A DNA stretch of 63,440 nucleotides, counting the filler. It is 10 parts of 10 records of this genome, joined end to end, with 100 filler letters (N's around TTAATTAATTAA, not from the genome) between each part and the next. Parts side by side here need not be neighbours in the genome. Positions count along the whole stretch, not along the records: positions 6,803 to 22,037 come from SRR20825010_5747; positions 22,138 to 30,139 come from SRR20825010_5751; 8 more parts are not named here. One strand, given 5' to 3'. Below, in pieces: positions 11,431 through 25,100 of the stretch (positions are counted from its first letter, which is position 1; each line of letters opens with the position of its first letter). The notes under the pieces are model-generated. The model was not told the origin of the DNA. It did no database searches and worked only from the letters and a program-made list of their open reading frames with translations. The translations under genes and the position numbers were made by a program.

Positions 11431-12499
11431 AAAAAGCCTCCAGCGTTTTTTGCAATGCCGCTTCATCATAGTCGGCTGTTACCACAGCCTTACCCAGCGC
11501 GCGCAACAGCACAAGGCGTAACTGGCCGTTATGAACCTTCTTGTCCATAGCCATAAGATCGACAAATTGTTCCGGCGTCATGCCTTCAGGAACCGCCACC
11601 GGCAAGCCCCAGGTCGACAGCAGTGCCACGACATCCGCCTCCAGCGAGCCCTGCACCCAACCCAGCTCGGCCGACATGCGGATCGCCATAAGCATGCCCA
11701 CCGCCACGGCTTCACCATGCAACCACTGACTGTAACCGGTGGCCGTCTCGATCGCGTGACCGAAGGTATGCCCCAGATTCAACAGTGCACGATTACCTTG
11801 TTCGGTCTCATCGTCAGCCACCACCTGCGCCTTGTTTTCGCAGCTACGGAAGATGGCCTCGGATATAACCGACTCCTCTCTGGACAACAGCTTGCTGTTG
11901 TTGGTTTCCAGCCACTGGTAGAAATCCGGATCACGGATCAGGCCGTATTTGACCACTTCCGCGTAACCGGCAGCCAGCTCCCGCTCGGGCAGCGTGCCCA
12001 GCACATCGGTATCAATCAGCACCAGGCGCGGCTGATGAAAGGCGCCAATCATGTTCTTGCCGCGGGGGTGATTTACCGCCGTCTTCCCCCCCACGGACGA
12101 GTCCACCTGCGCTAACAGCGTGGTCGGCACCTGAATAAAATCCACACCACGTTGATAACAGGCCGCCGCAAAACCCACCATGTCACCGACCACGCCGCCA
12201 CCCAGCGCGATCAACGTGGTCGTGCGCGAATGACGTTTGGCCATCAAGGCATCAAAAAGCGTTTCCAGAGTTTCCAGGGTTTTGTATTTCTCACCGTCAG
12301 GAAGGATCAACGTGTCGCACTGGATCGCGGAAAATTGCGCTTCCAACGCCGCCAGATACAACGGGGCGATCGTTTCATTGGTGATAATCATCACCTGATT
12401 ACCGCGCACCTGCTCGGCCAGAGGAAAAGACGACAGCAAGCCGGCCCCGATATGAATAGGGTAACTCCGCTCGGCCAGGGCTACCTGAAGTGTGCGCAT
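11420..12499 (-). CDS. aroB: 3-dehydroquinate synthase
   Basis: [37 protein letters not shown]; start trimmed to MRTLQV. Confidence 0.96.
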   Translation of the reverse strand: MRTLQVALAERSYPIHIGAGLLSSFPLAEQVRGNQVMIITNETIAPLYLAALEAQFSAIQCDTLILPDGEKYKTLETLETLFDALMAKRHSRTTTLIALGGGVVGDMVGFAAACYQRGVDFIQVPTTLLAQVDSSVGGKTAVNHPRGKNMIGAFHQPRLVLIDTDVLGTLPERELAAGYAEVVKYGLIRDPDFYQWLETNNSKLLSREESVISEAIFRSCENKAQVVADDETEQGNRALLNLGHTFGHAIETATGYSQWLHGEAVAVGMLMAIRMSAELGWVQGSLEADVVALLSTWGLPVAVPEGMTPEQFVDLMAMDKKVHNGQLRLVLLRALGKAVVTADYDEAALQKTLEAFCGA

Positions 12500-12559
12500 T
12501 ACAGCTCCCACAAAATAATTCAGCAAAACAGGCCGACAGCAGCCCGACAATTGCCTGCA

Positions 12560-13096
12560 TTATCCTTGTGGGTGAGAGTCCAAACAAGCGAGCACGTCAT
12601 CGGCGACCTTTTTCAGGTTACCGGATGCGGTCGAGACGACATGGTGAGCCACCTGCCGGTAGAGCGGATCACGCTCAGCGAGCAGGGTCTCAAGCCGCGC
12701 CCTGGGGTCTGCCGTTTGCAGCAGCGGGCGGCCTTTGTCATTGCGGGTGCGCGCCAACTGAATGTCTACCGGCGTCCACAGATAGACCACACAGCCACGC
12801 TCATGGAGAAAGGTGCGATTTTCCGGGGTCACCACAACCCCACCCCCGGTCGCCAGCACGATGCCGGACTCCCGGGTCAATTCGTCGATGACATCCTGCT
12901 CTCTCCGCCGGAACCCCGCCTCACCTTCCATATCGAAGATCCAGGGAATGTCCGCCCCGGTCTTCTCCTCAATCACACGATCAGAGTCGAAAAACGGGCG
13001 ATCCAGCAGCTGGGCAAGATGCCGGCCCAGGGTGCTTTTACCTGCACCCATGGGCCCGACAAGAATCAAAGGAACAATAGAATTAGTCTTGATCAC
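12560..13096 (-). CDS. aroK: Shikimate kinase
   Basis: GPMGAGKST Walker A, EGEAGFRRRE, ATGGG, RPLL. Confidence 0.96.
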   Translation of the reverse strand: MIKTNSIVPLILVGPMGAGKSTLGRHLAQLLDRPFFDSDRVIEEKTGADIPWIFDMEGEAGFRRREQDVIDELTRESGIVLATGGGVVVTPENRTFLHERGCVVYLWTPVDIQLARTRNDKGRPLLQTADPRARLETLLAERDPLYRQVAHHVVSTASGNLKKVADDVLACLDSHPQG

Positions 13097-15261
13097 CGAT
13101 TAGCCAAAGCATCCTTCATCAACCGTGGCGTAATAAAGATCAGCAGCTCCTGCTTGTTATCACGATTCACGGTCTTCCTGAACAGGTTACCAATCCACGG
13201 CAAGTCACCCAGGAAAGGCGTCTTGGTCACGGAATTGATCTTCTCCTGCTGGAAGATACCACCAAGCACCACTGTCTCGCCATCATTGACCAGCACTGAA
13301 GTTTCTACCCGGTTAGTATTGATCGCCGCAGAACCGTCTGAACTGAAGGAATCATTGTTCACTTTCAGCGTCATGATGATATTGCCATCTGGCGTGATAT
13401 GTGGGGTTACCTCAAGACGCAGCTCCGCTTCCACAAAATCGATGGACGTAGCGCCCGAGGACGTGGCCACCTCAAAAGGCACCTGCTGACCGGATGCGAT
13501 CACCGCAGGCTGCTGATCCGCTGTTAACACCTTGGGAGTAGCCACCAGCTCACCATGACCTTCCGCTTCCAGAGCGGAAAGCTCAAGCTCGATCAGGCCA
13601 GAGGCGAGAGAGGTAAAGCCGACAGCAAACCGGGATGCATTGGCAGAATCCACACCCAAGTCGACGATCAGATCGTCATCGTTCTCGATATCTTCAAATT
13701 CATAATCATCAGGGCCGAAATCCACATCATCAGGATCAATAGCCGGGCTGGCCGCAAAGGCTGTTCCGTCAATATTAGTCTGGTGCAAATTACGCAGAGA
13801 CTGCAAACGGCCCGACACACCATAGGTACGACCATCCTGAAGCATACTCTCGGTGTCAAAACCCAAACCACCCCAACGCACACCGAATTCATCCGTTACG
13901 TCATTGGTTGCCACCACAACGCGGGCCTCGATAAGTACCTGCTGAACAGGAACATCCAGCTGGTCAATCAGCTCACGAATCTCCTCCAGCTTTGCCTGGG
14001 TATCCTGCACAATCAGCGTATTGGTGCGCTGATCGACAACAACAGAGCCACGACTGGAAACCAGCGCCTCGCCTTTACCCCCAGCGTTGGCAATCAACCC
14101 TTTCAGCTCCGAGGCGTTGGCATAATTGATATTGATATATTGGGTACGCAAGGGCGCCAATGCTTCAATTTTCTTCTGGCTTTCCAGCTCCAACTGCTCA
14201 CGGGCCGCAATCTCATCTGCGGGCGCGACGAGCAAGACGTTACCCACCTGACGCTTATCCAGCCCCTTGGTTTTCAGAATCAATTCCAGCGCCTGATCCC
14301 AAGGCACATTCTGCAAACGCAGAGTGATGCGCCCATCAACCGTATCAGAGGCCACCAGGTTCAAGCCGGTAAAGTCGGCGATCAGCTGAAGCACCGAACG
14401 CACTTCAATATCCTGGAAATTCAGGGACAACTTTTCGCCAGTGTATTCAAACGCGTCTTTTTTCTTTCGTGCCGCTTCCGCCTTGCTCACCGGCTTAACA
14501 TTAATACTGAACTCGTTATCCGCTTGGTATGCCAGATACTCCCACACCCCGGTCGGCTCAATAACCACCATGGTGCTACCCTCGGCTGACTGGGTCTCCA
14601 CCATCTTGACCGGCGTCGCAAAATCGGTCACATCCAGTTTCCGCACCAGCTCATTGGGCACACCAGCCCCGACAAACCGGGCCACAATCTTGCCGCCCTC
14701 TTCCTTCACATCGACCGGAATTGAGGGCTCAGACAGCTTGATAATCACACGACCTTCGCCGCTATCACCACGCCGAAAATCCACACCGGTTACAGCCGCT
14801 TCGCCACTGTAATCGTCACCTTGGGTGGCCTGATTCTGCTTATCCACCTGATCATTACCCAGGAGAACAACCAGATCATCCCCTTCGGCACGAGTAGAAT
14901 ACCCGGTCAGCGATTCCAGATTAAAAATTAGTCGTGTTCGGTCTTTTGCTTCAACGATAGTCACGCTGCGGGCATTACCCGAACCGAGATTTTGCCGCTT
15001 GCCTGCGATATCCGTATCGGCGCCAACAAGATCCAGAGCAATTCGGGCAGGCTGCTCAATACTGTACCCCTTTACTTCCGGCACCCCCCCTTCAAACTTC
15101 AAGCGCACTTCCATGCCATCACCGGACAGGGAGTTCGCTTCGATCGACTTCAGCGTATCTGCGCCCGCAACCATAGAGAGAACCGACAGCACCCCTACAG
15201 AAAACAGCCCCGCCAGACGCCGGGAAGCGCTCTTTTTTATTGTCAATTTTGCACATTTCAT
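13093..15261 (-). CDS. pilQ: Type IV pilus secretin PilQ
   Basis: Signal peptide, two AMIN-like domains, LSLNFQDIEVRSVLQ, QVLIEARVV, PFLGDLP..LF secretin signature. Confidence 0.95.
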   Translation of the reverse strand: MKCAKLTIKKSASRRLAGLFSVGVLSVLSMVAGADTLKSIEANSLSGDGMEVRLKFEGGVPEVKGYSIEQPARIALDLVGADTDIAGKRQNLGSGNARSVTIVEAKDRTRLIFNLESLTGYSTRAEGDDLVVLLGNDQVDKQNQATQGDDYSGEAAVTGVDFRRGDSGEGRVIIKLSEPSIPVDVKEEGGKIVARFVGAGVPNELVRKLDVTDFATPVKMVETQSAEGSTMVVIEPTGVWEYLAYQADNEFSINVKPVSKAEAARKKKDAFEYTGEKLSLNFQDIEVRSVLQLIADFTGLNLVASDTVDGRITLRLQNVPWDQALELILKTKGLDKRQVGNVLLVAPADEIAAREQLELESQKKIEALAPLRTQYININYANASELKGLIANAGGKGEALVSSRGSVVVDQRTNTLIVQDTQAKLEEIRELIDQLDVPVQQVLIEARVVVATNDVTDEFGVRWGGLGFDTESMLQDGRTYGVSGRLQSLRNLHQTNIDGTAFAASPAIDPDDVDFGPDDYEFEDIENDDDLIVDLGVDSANASRFAVGFTSLASGLIELELSALEAEGHGELVATPKVLTADQQPAVIASGQQVPFEVATSSGATSIDFVEAELRLEVTPHITPDGNIIMTLKVNNDSFSSDGSAAINTNRVETSVLVNDGETVVLGGIFQQEKINSVTKTPFLGDLPWIGNLFRKTVNRDNKQELLIFITPRLMKDALANR

Positions 15262-15281
15262 AACTGGGTCCCCAGCGACTA

Positions 15282-15809
15282 TTATTCGGAAATCGAGACG
15301 TTACTGGCGCGTTCCACCCAGCCATCTCGACCATCCGGTACGATTTCAATCAAACTTACCTTGGCTTCGTTAACCTGCTTGACCAAGCCAAAATTCTTCC
15401 CCATATGACTACCCGGCTTGACCCGAGTAACAGCCCCCGAAGGGTCAGCAACAAGCGCCTGGAGCGGCTCGCCAGGCTTACTAATGGTCCCAACCATTTT
15501 CAGCGTATCCAGCGAGAATCGCTCCAGGTATTCTTTCGGGCGCCCCATATCCGGCTCTACCTTTCGGCCATCTGGCACGACCAGCAGCTCCTGATCCTGC
15601 GGCGGACTGAATGGAGAGCGAAGCTTGTGGGCCGCATATGAATAAGAAGCGATAGGCTTGAATTCAGGTGGTGGCTCAATCCGCCCCCGAGGCCTTGCCT
15701 TGATTTCCTGGAGTCGCGCATCCAGTTCTGACAAATTTGCACTGGAACCGCACCCGGCAAGACCGAACAAGGCGACGCAAGCAACAGAAAGAAAGACTAA
15801 TTTTTTCAT
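15282..15809 (-). CDS. pilP: Type IV pilus lipoprotein PilP
   Basis: Lipobox LAGC, RSPF, RPKEYLE, GKNFG, EIVPDG..W.ER. Confidence 0.93.
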   Translation of the reverse strand: MKKLVFLSVACVALFGLAGCGSSANLSELDARLQEIKARPRGRIEPPPEFKPIASYSYAAHKLRSPFSPPQDQELLVVPDGRKVEPDMGRPKEYLERFSLDTLKMVGTISKPGEPLQALVADPSGAVTRVKPGSHMGKNFGLVKQVNEAKVSLIEIVPDGRDGWVERASNVSISE

Positions 15810-15823
15810 TATCCCACGCCCCC

Positions 15824-16497
15824 TTATTTATTCTTGCCAGAAGAATTCGCGCCGCCCGCAGCGCCATCCTTACTCGAATAGCGGTAGGTCTTGGCCGTAA
15901 TGTCCATTCTCAGCAGCCCCAGAGCAGCCAACTCTTTATTACTATCCGATGGCCGCGTCACAGTAAAATCATGCAGCGTCACAATACGCGGCAGCGACGC
16001 CACACCGGACACAAACGAACCGAAACCATGGTAATCACCGATCACCTGAATATTGATTGGGAGTTCTGCGTAAAACTCCTTTTCAATTTCATTTCTCAGC
16101 TCAATGTTTTCAAATTCCAACCCACTGCCCAACCCCGTATGGGTGATATCCTCAAGCAAGCCGGGCACCTCGGTATCCTTGGGCAGCTGCTTGAGCAGGG
16201 CCCCAAAGGTCTGCTCCATTTCCGCCAACTGCTTACGAAACTGATCAAGGTTATGGGCTTCAAACGCTTTCTTTTCATACCCTTGCAGCAAGGTCGCTTC
16301 TTCTCTTCTTTGCTGCTCAAGCGTCTGATTGGCATCACTGATCGACAGGAAATAACCAAGAACGACAACAATAACCAGTACAAGAATGGCCGCCCCAATC
16401 TTTATTGGCGTAGGCCAGCCTCCCACATTCTCAAAATCCAGGCTGTTGAGTTCATCCATCAACTCGCCCAGATCCAAATTTTTCAGCTCAGAGGCTT

Positions 16498-16501
<4 letters not shown>
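15824..16501 (-). CDS. pilO: Type IV pilus assembly protein PilO
   Basis: WP..IK TM helix, LLKQLPKDTEVPGLLEDI, FYAELPI, LPRIVTL. Confidence 0.94.
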
Positions 16502-18149
<1,648 letters not shown>

Positions 18150-18330
18150 TTATTATTGAAGTGTTTTTTCTTGCTAAAGATACACTTACACGTTTTTTAT
18201 GTCGAATCACTTTAGGAGTTAGTAATAGCAGAACAGATATTAGATCACAACAAGCATTCCGCCATATAATGACCCACTTCACGGGCCGGCTAGGCCTTTC
18301 TACCGATCCCAGCCAGTAGTTGCCGAAAAC

Positions 18331-20904
18331 ATGCGTTTACCCTCCTGGATCCGATACCTGCTGTTACTCCTTATTGCCGGCGCCGGTGGCAGCCTGACAG
18401 CCCTCGCCGCCAGCTACCTCTATCTGGCTCCCCAGCTGCCCCCGGCAAGCCAGATTCGCGAGGTGGAATACCAGATCCCCCTGCGCATCTATAGTCGCGA
18501 TATGAAGCTGATCGCAGAATACGGGGAAAAACGCCGCCAGCCAGTGACTTACGACGAACTGCCGCAACCATTGATCCAGGCGGTACTGGCCGCGGAAGAC
18601 GAGCGCTTCTTCCGCCACAACGGCGTGGACCTGAAAGGCCTACTGCGTGCCTTTGTGGAATTGGCCCGCTACCGGGAGATTCGCTCCGGGGGCTCCACCA
18701 TCACCATGCAGGTGGCCCGCAACTTCTTTCTGGACCGGGAACAGCGCTTTCTGCGCAAATTCAACGAAATCGTGCTCGCCATCCAGATTGAACGGGTCCT
18801 CAGCAAGGAAGAAATCCTTGAGCTTTATCTAAACAAGATCTATCTGGGGCACCGGGCCTACGGCGCCGAAGCCGCCTCCCAAGTGTATTATGGCAAGTCT
18901 GTGGGCGAACTTACCCTGCCCCAATGGGCCATGATTGCCGGGCTACCGAAAGCCCCTTCAGCCTATAACCCGATCACCAACCCCCAGCGCGCCCAGGTGC
19001 GACGCAACTGGATCCTGCATCGCATGGAAGAGACCGGCGCCCTCACCGCCGAGCAGCGCGAGCTGGCCCAGGCTGCCCCGGTCAGCGCCCGCTTCCATGC
19101 CGCCTCACCGGAAGTGGACGCCGCCTATCTGGGCGAGATGGCCCGCCTGCAGGCCATGGAATTAGTGGACGCCAACATCTACACCGACGGCATCCGCATC
19201 ATCACCACGGTAGACAGCAAACGCCAGCAGGCTGCGGTCAACGCCCTGCGCAACGGCCTGCACAGTTATGACGAGCGCCACGGCTACCGGGGCCCGCTGG
19301 CACAGCTGGACATCAGCGACGCCCCGGCCCTGCCCTCACCCTCCGACGCGGACAGCGAAAAGCCCCCGGAAGACAGCACCGACAAGCCCGTCGTTGCCGA
19401 AGAGGCTGAACTGGAAAAGACCATCACCGGTCTTGACCCGGATGTCGCCGCCTGGGCAGAACGCATCAAGGACCAGCGCCGCATCGGCCCCCTGCAGCCG
19501 GCCATCGTTACCGCCGTAGGCGACAAGGATGCGGAAATCCTGTTCCGGGACGGCAAGCGCAGCCCGCTTGCCTGGAATGATATTCGCTGGGCGCGCCCCC
19601 AGCTCAACAACAAATATGTCGGCAAAGAGCCCACCCGGGCCGGTGATGTCCTCAGTAAAGGGGACGTCATCTACGTCCGCCCCGCCGGCAGTGGCGACGA
19701 GCGTCACTGGCGCCTGGCCCAGCTCCCCAAGGCCCAGTCCGCCCTGATTTCACTGGACCCGTCCAATGGCGCCATTGTGGCGCTGCAAGGCGGCTACAGC
19801 TTCTCTACCTCCAACTTCAACCGGGCCGTACAGAGCGAACGCCAGGCCGGCTCCGTGTTCAAGCCGTTCATCTACACCTCCGCCATGGAAAACGGTTTCA
19901 CTCCGGCCTCCATCATCAACGACGCCCCAGTGGTCTTTGATGACGACAAACTGGAAACCGCCTGGCGCCCCACCGGCGCCAGCGGCAAGTTTTATGGCCC
20001 CACCCGCATGCGCGAAGCCCTGTACCGCTCGCTGAACCTGGTCTCCATCCGCATCCTGCGTCAGATCGGCATCAGCCAGGCCATGGGCACCCTGAAACGC
20101 TTCGGCCTGCCGGCAGACACCTTCCAGCGCGATCTGTCCCTGGCCCTGGGTAGCGCCAGCGTGACCCCCATGGACATCGCCTCGGCCTACAGCATCTTTG
20201 CCAACGGCGGCTATCGGGTAGCCCCCTGGAGCATTGTGCAGATTGAAAAGGATAACGGGGACGTGCTCTGGAAAGCTCCAGAGGTGATTTTCTGCGAAAG
20301 CCCCTGCCGGCCACCGCAAACCGATAACGACACCCAAGACAACATGACCGAAGTCGACACTGTCGACACAGCCAATAGCGACAGCGATGACCGCACCACC
20401 CAGCCCCACCAACCACCACCGGTCATGGCCCCGCGTGCAATCGACGCCCGCATTGCCTGGCTGATGAACTCCATACTGCAAGACGTGGTGCGCCGCGGCA
20501 CCGGCCACCAGGCTAACCGCCTGGGCCGCCGGGACCTGGCCGGCAAAACCGGGACCACCAACGACCAGGTAGACGCCTGGTTCTCCGGCTACTCTCCGGA
20601 CTTGGTCGCCACCGTCTGGGTCGGCTTCGACAATCCCGCTTCACTGGGCTGGGGTGAGTATGGCGGCAAGGCCGCCCTGCCCATCTGGATGGATTACATG
20701 GGGCCGGCACTGGAAGGCGTTCCCAACCGCCAGCTGGAACAACCCTCCGGCATCGCCACCGTGCGTATCGACCCGGACAGCGGCCTGCAGGCCCGGCCGG
20801 AGAACCCGGACTCCATTCGCGAGTACTTTATCCGCAGCCAGGTCCCCGATATGGAACCGGCGAGAGGGCCGGGCGGACACAGCGCACCGGAGCAAATATT
20901 TTAA
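18331..20904 (+). CDS. mrcA: Penicillin-binding protein 1A
   Basis: Transglycosylase motifs EDERFF.H.G, GGSTITMQVA, RKFNE; transpeptidase GSVFK, SLN, KTGT; divergent from pilM. Confidence 0.95.
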   Translation: MRLPSWIRYLLLLLIAGAGGSLTALAASYLYLAPQLPPASQIREVEYQIPLRIYSRDMKLIAEYGEKRRQPVTYDELPQPLIQAVLAAEDERFFRHNGVDLKGLLRAFVELARYREIRSGGSTITMQVARNFFLDREQRFLRKFNEIVLAIQIERVLSKEEILELYLNKIYLGHRAYGAEAASQVYYGKSVGELTLPQWAMIAGLPKAPSAYNPITNPQRAQVRRNWILHRMEETGALTAEQRELAQAAPVSARFHAASPEVDAAYLGEMARLQAMELVDANIYTDGIRIITTVDSKRQQAAVNALRNGLHSYDERHGYRGPLAQLDISDAPALPSPSDADSEKPPEDSTDKPVVAEEAELEKTITGLDPDVAAWAERIKDQRRIGPLQPAIVTAVGDKDAEILFRDGKRSPLAWNDIRWARPQLNNKYVGKEPTRAGDVLSKGDVIYVRPAGSGDERHWRLAQLPKAQSALISLDPSNGAIVALQGGYSFSTSNFNRAVQSERQAGSVFKPFIYTSAMENGFTPASIINDAPVVFDDDKLETAWRPTGASGKFYGPTRMREALYRSLNLVSIRILRQIGISQAMGTLKRFGLPADTFQRDLSLALGSASVTPMDIASAYSIFANGGYRVAPWSIVQIEKDNGDVLWKAPEVIFCESPCRPPQTDNDTQDNMTEVDTVDTANSDSDDRTTQPHQPPPVMAPRAIDARIAWLMNSILQDVVRRGTGHQANRLGRRDLAGKTGTTNDQVDAWFSGYSPDLVATVWVGFDNPASLGWGEYGGKAALPIWMDYMGPALEGVPNRQLEQPSGIATVRIDPDSGLQARPENPDSIREYFIRSQVPDMEPARGPGGHSAPEQIF

Positions 20905-20910
20905 AGAGAC

Positions 20911-20960
20911 GCAACATGCATCACGCAACACGGAAAGGCGTGAAGCGTGCTGCATGATGC
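20911..20960. repeat. Imperfect intergenic inverted repeat with 7-nt periodicity
   Basis: gcaacatgcatcacgc (20911-20926) vs gcgtgctgcatgatgc (20945-20960), 14/16 complementary. Confidence 0.5.
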
Positions 20961-20964
20961 TTGC

Positions 20965-21004
20965 AGCCATAAAAAAACCGCCTTCCGGCGGTTTTTTTAT
21001 GGCT
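20965..21004. terminator. Bidirectional intrinsic terminator between mrcA and maeB
   Basis: Perfect 18-bp arms agccataaaaaaaccgcc-ttcc-ggcggtttttttatggct with A7/T7 tracts between convergent genes. Confidence 0.92.
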
Positions 21005-21015
21005 CGCGTTTGTTG

Positions 21016-22037
21016 CTACAACTCCGGGAAGATCTCGTCCAGCGAGTTCAACGGGTAGTGTGACGGGTAGCCTTTACGGGCCACACCGCAGTCCACCGCC
21101 GCCCGCGCCACAGCCGCAGACACCTTGCCCAGCAAACGCGGATCGTTCGGCTTGGGAATAATGTAATCCGCACCAAAGGTCAGGGGCTCACCACCGTAGG
21201 CATCCAGCACCTCCTGCGGGGGCGCGGTGCGCACCAGCTCGGCGATGGCATGCACTGCGGCGATCTTCATTTCCTCAGTGATGGACGTGGAGCGCACATC
21301 CAGCGCCCCGCGGAACATGTACGGGAAACACAGCACATTGTTCACCTGATTGGGAAAATCCGAACGACCGGTCGCCACAATCGCATCCGAACGCGCCGCC
21401 TTGGCCACCTCCGGACGAATCTCCGGGTCCGGGTTAGCCAGTGCGAAAATGATCGGTTTGGGCGCCATTTTCTTGACCATGTCCGGAGTCAGCATATCCG
21501 GCCCGGAAACACCGATGAACACATCGGCGTCTTCAACCGCATCATCCAGGGTGCGCTTGTCAGTATCGTTAGCCAGCGCCGCCTTGTACTGGTTCAGGTC
21601 ATCGCGACGGCTATGAATCACACCCTTGCGATCCAACACCAGGATATTTTCCTTGCGCGCGCCCATCTCGATCAGCAGGCGCACAGACGCCACACCAGCC
21701 GCCCCGGCACCCACACACACGACCTTGATGTCTTCGATACGCTTGCTCTGAATTTCCAGCGCGTTGATCAGACCGGCACACACCACAATGGCGGTACCGT
21801 GCTGGTCATCATGAAACACCGGCACATCACACTGCTCTTTAAGAATGCGCTCGATCTCAAAACATTCCGGCGCGCGGATATCTTCCAGATTGATACCCCC
21901 AAAGGTGCGATGGATACGCATCACCGTATCGATAAAGGCCTGGGAATCTTCCGCATCTACTTCGATATCAAACACATCGATACCGGCAAACAGCTTGAAC
22001 AGAATCCCCTTGCCTTCCATCACCGGCTTGGACGCCA
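21016..22037 (-). CDS. maeB: NAD(P)-dependent malic enzyme, 5' truncated by gap; no phosphotransacetylase domain
   Basis: MEGKGILFK, GGINLEDI, VFHDDQHGTA, GAGAAG, ATGRSDFPNQVNN. Confidence 0.88.
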
Positions 22038-22137
22038 NNNNNNNNNNNNNNNNNNNNNNNNNNNNNNNNNNNNNNNNNNNNTTAATTAATTAANNNNNNN
22101 NNNNNNNNNNNNNNNNNNNNNNNNNNNNNNNNNNNNN
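22038..22137. other. Artificial contig spacer
   Basis: 44 N + TTAATTAATTAA + 44 N. Confidence 0.98.
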
Positions 22138-25100
22138 CTGTAAAGCTGTGATTGCCTTCACTCAGACTATCTGTGTTGAAGCTCCAGTTTCCGAACCCGT
22201 CAACAAATGCAGAGCCGATCTTGGTTGCACCATCATAGATATCGACTGTACGGCTTTGCGGCGCTGTGCCGGACAACGTCAAAATCTGATCATTGGTTAC
22301 GCCATCGCCCGCAACGCCCGTATCTTCGCTGATGGCGCTAATCACCGGTTGCGGCGGGGCCAGCGTGTCAATCGTCAGAGCCAGTGTGGAGGATGAAGCA
22401 CTCAAGTTGCCCGCAGCATCGCTGGTGCGCACTGTGAAGTTATGTACGCCATCAGAGAGCTCACTTGTCGTATAGCTCCACGCGCCAGCGGCAACGACAG
22501 CGGAACCAACAAGCGCGCCATTATCATAGAGCATAACCGTGCTGCCATCAGGCGCGGTGCCACTCAACGTCTGGATGTTGTCAGAGGTTGTGCGATCACC
22601 TGCAATGCCTGTGTCAACGCTATAGGCGTCAATGGTTGCAACGCCGAATGCTGTCGTATCAATTTCAATGGCAAGTGCGCTTGAGGCGTCGCTTGCATTG
22701 CCCGCGCCGTCCAGCGCCTTGGCAGTGAAGCTATGCTCGCCTTCAGGCAGAGCCGCCGTGGTAAAGGTCCATGTTCCGCCGGACACGCTGACTGTACCAA
22801 GCGCCGTCTCACCATCATAAATCGTCACTTTGGTGGCGCTTGTAGCCGTGCCTGTCAGTGTGATGGTTGTGTCATTTGTTATCCTATCTCCAAGCTGGCC
22901 GGAATCGTTGGAATAGCCGGTGATCGCTGGTGCCGGAGGCGCTTCTGTATCGATCACCACAACGACTGTGTTGGAGACATCGCTGCGATTTCCTGAATCA
23001 TCCAGCGCGCGCGCCACAAAGGATGTATAGCCATCCGCCAGTTCGCCTGTTGTTGCGGTCCAGTTGCCGTCACCGTCCGCCACGCCTGTCGCAACGATGG
23101 TCGCGCCTTTGTAGACATTCACTGTCGCGCCTGCGATGGCCGTTCCCGTGAATGTGATTGTTGTGTCGCTTGTCTGGCTATCGCCTGCGGTACCCGTATC
23201 GTCCGAGAAACTTGTGATCACGGGTGCCGCCGGACCGGTCGTATCAATCGTCACCGAGTAGGGGGCGGAGGCATCACCCTGATTGCCCGCCTGGTCCAGA
23301 CCTTTGGCCGTAAAGTTGTGGACACCTTCAGCTAATGTCGCCGTCGTGAATGTCCAATTGCCATTGCTATCGACGGCGGCAATCCCCAGCTCCGTTGCGC
23401 CATCGAACACGATGACGCGGCTATACGCTTCTGCTGTGCCCGAAAGCGCCAATTGGTCGTCAGACGTGACGCCATCACCAACTATGCCGGTATCGTTCGA
23501 GAAACCAGTGATGCTAGGTGCATCCGGTGCCAAAGTATCAACGCGGATGACAAGATTGTTGGTCGGCAAGCTGACATTGCCTGCCGTGTCTACGGACCGC
23601 GCATTGAAATTGTAGGAACCATCGACCAACTCGCCGGTCGTCGCTGTCCAGTTGCCGGCACTATCGGCCACACCGGTCGCATATAGCACGCCGGCTGCAT
23701 AGATATTAACCGTCACACCTGCATCTGCGGTGCCTGTGAAGGTTACGGTATTGTCATTGGTCAAACCATCGCCGGTGGAGCCGCTATCATCCGAGAAACC
23801 GGAGATGACAGGAATCGATGGCGCAATCGTATCCACCGTCACCACAAGCGCCGTCGAGGCATCCGCCACATTGCCAGCCTGATCCTTTGCAACCGCTGTC
23901 AGACTGTGCTCGCCATTGCCGAGTGCAGGGCTTGTATAGGTCCATGTTCCACCCGCCACGGCGGCCGCGCCGAGCAAAGTTGCGCCATCATAAACCAGCA
24001 CTTGCTGGGTGCCTGCCTCCGCAGTTCCTGTCAGCGTCAGTGTGGCATCAGACGTCAGGTAATCACCTGCAACGCCCGTGTCATTGGAATAACCGGTGAT
24101 GGACGCCGCCGCCGGCGCAACAGTGTCGATGACCATAGTGGCACCATTGCCAATGACACTGCCGTTACCTGCCGCATCAAATGCGCGCGTGTAGAACGAT
24201 ACTACTCCGTCCGCCAATGCCTCCGTTGTGGCTGTCCAGTTGCCATCGCCATCGGCAATCCCGGATGCAACAATCGTCCCATTTACATAGACATTGACCG
24301 TCGCGCCCACCTCCGCTCGGCCCGTGAATGTCAGCGTGTTGTCGCTGGTCGTGCCGTCATTGGGAATATTTGTGTCTTCGGACACCGATAATAGCGAAGG
24401 TGCGACAGGCGCTTCCGTGTCAACTGTCAGCGCCAGCACATCGGACGCGGCACTTGTTGTGCCTTCCACATTGGTTGCTGTTGCCGTGATATTGTGGAGG
24501 CCATCCGCTAGCTCAGCGGCAGTAAAGTTCCAGTTTCCCGCACCATCAGTGAAGGTCGTCCCGAGCAATGTCGCGCCGTCATAAATTGAAATAGTCACGC
24601 CCGAGACAGCCGAACCGCTGATTGTCGGCGTCGCATCATTGGTCAGGCCATCAACGCTGGTGCCCTCCGCAGCTGTATAGCCAGTAATCACGGGTGCGGC
24701 AGGCACTGCCGCGTTGACGGTTATCTCAGTATTCGAAGACGCAAAGCTTGTATTTCCTGCAACGTCGGTTGCCACTGCTGTGAAGGAATAGCTGCCATTG
24801 GCCAGAGCGGCAGTTGTCACGCTCCAGTTCCCCTCTCCATCAACTGTGGTTTGGCCTACATTCACAGCACCGGCAAACAGGTCGATCGTCGCTCCAGCTT
24901 CCGCCGTTCCCGTGAAGGTCAGCGTATTATCTGAGGTCAGTCCGTCGCCCTGCACACCTGTATCATTGGAGAATCCGAGAATCACTGGTGCATCCGGTGA
25001 CGATGTATCTACCGTCACGGTCCCGACCTGCGTTGCGTCACTGGTATTTCCAGCAGCATCTACTGCACGCACGGTGACCGAATAGTCCCCATCAGCGAGT

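Noticed and set aside
12152-13489. 445-aa plus-strand ORF across aroB-aroK-pilQ
   Set aside because: Antisense to three well-supported genes; no motifs.
18228-18250. CRP/Vfr-like site between pilM and mrcA (TAGATCACA)
   Set aside because: Only one half-site matches.
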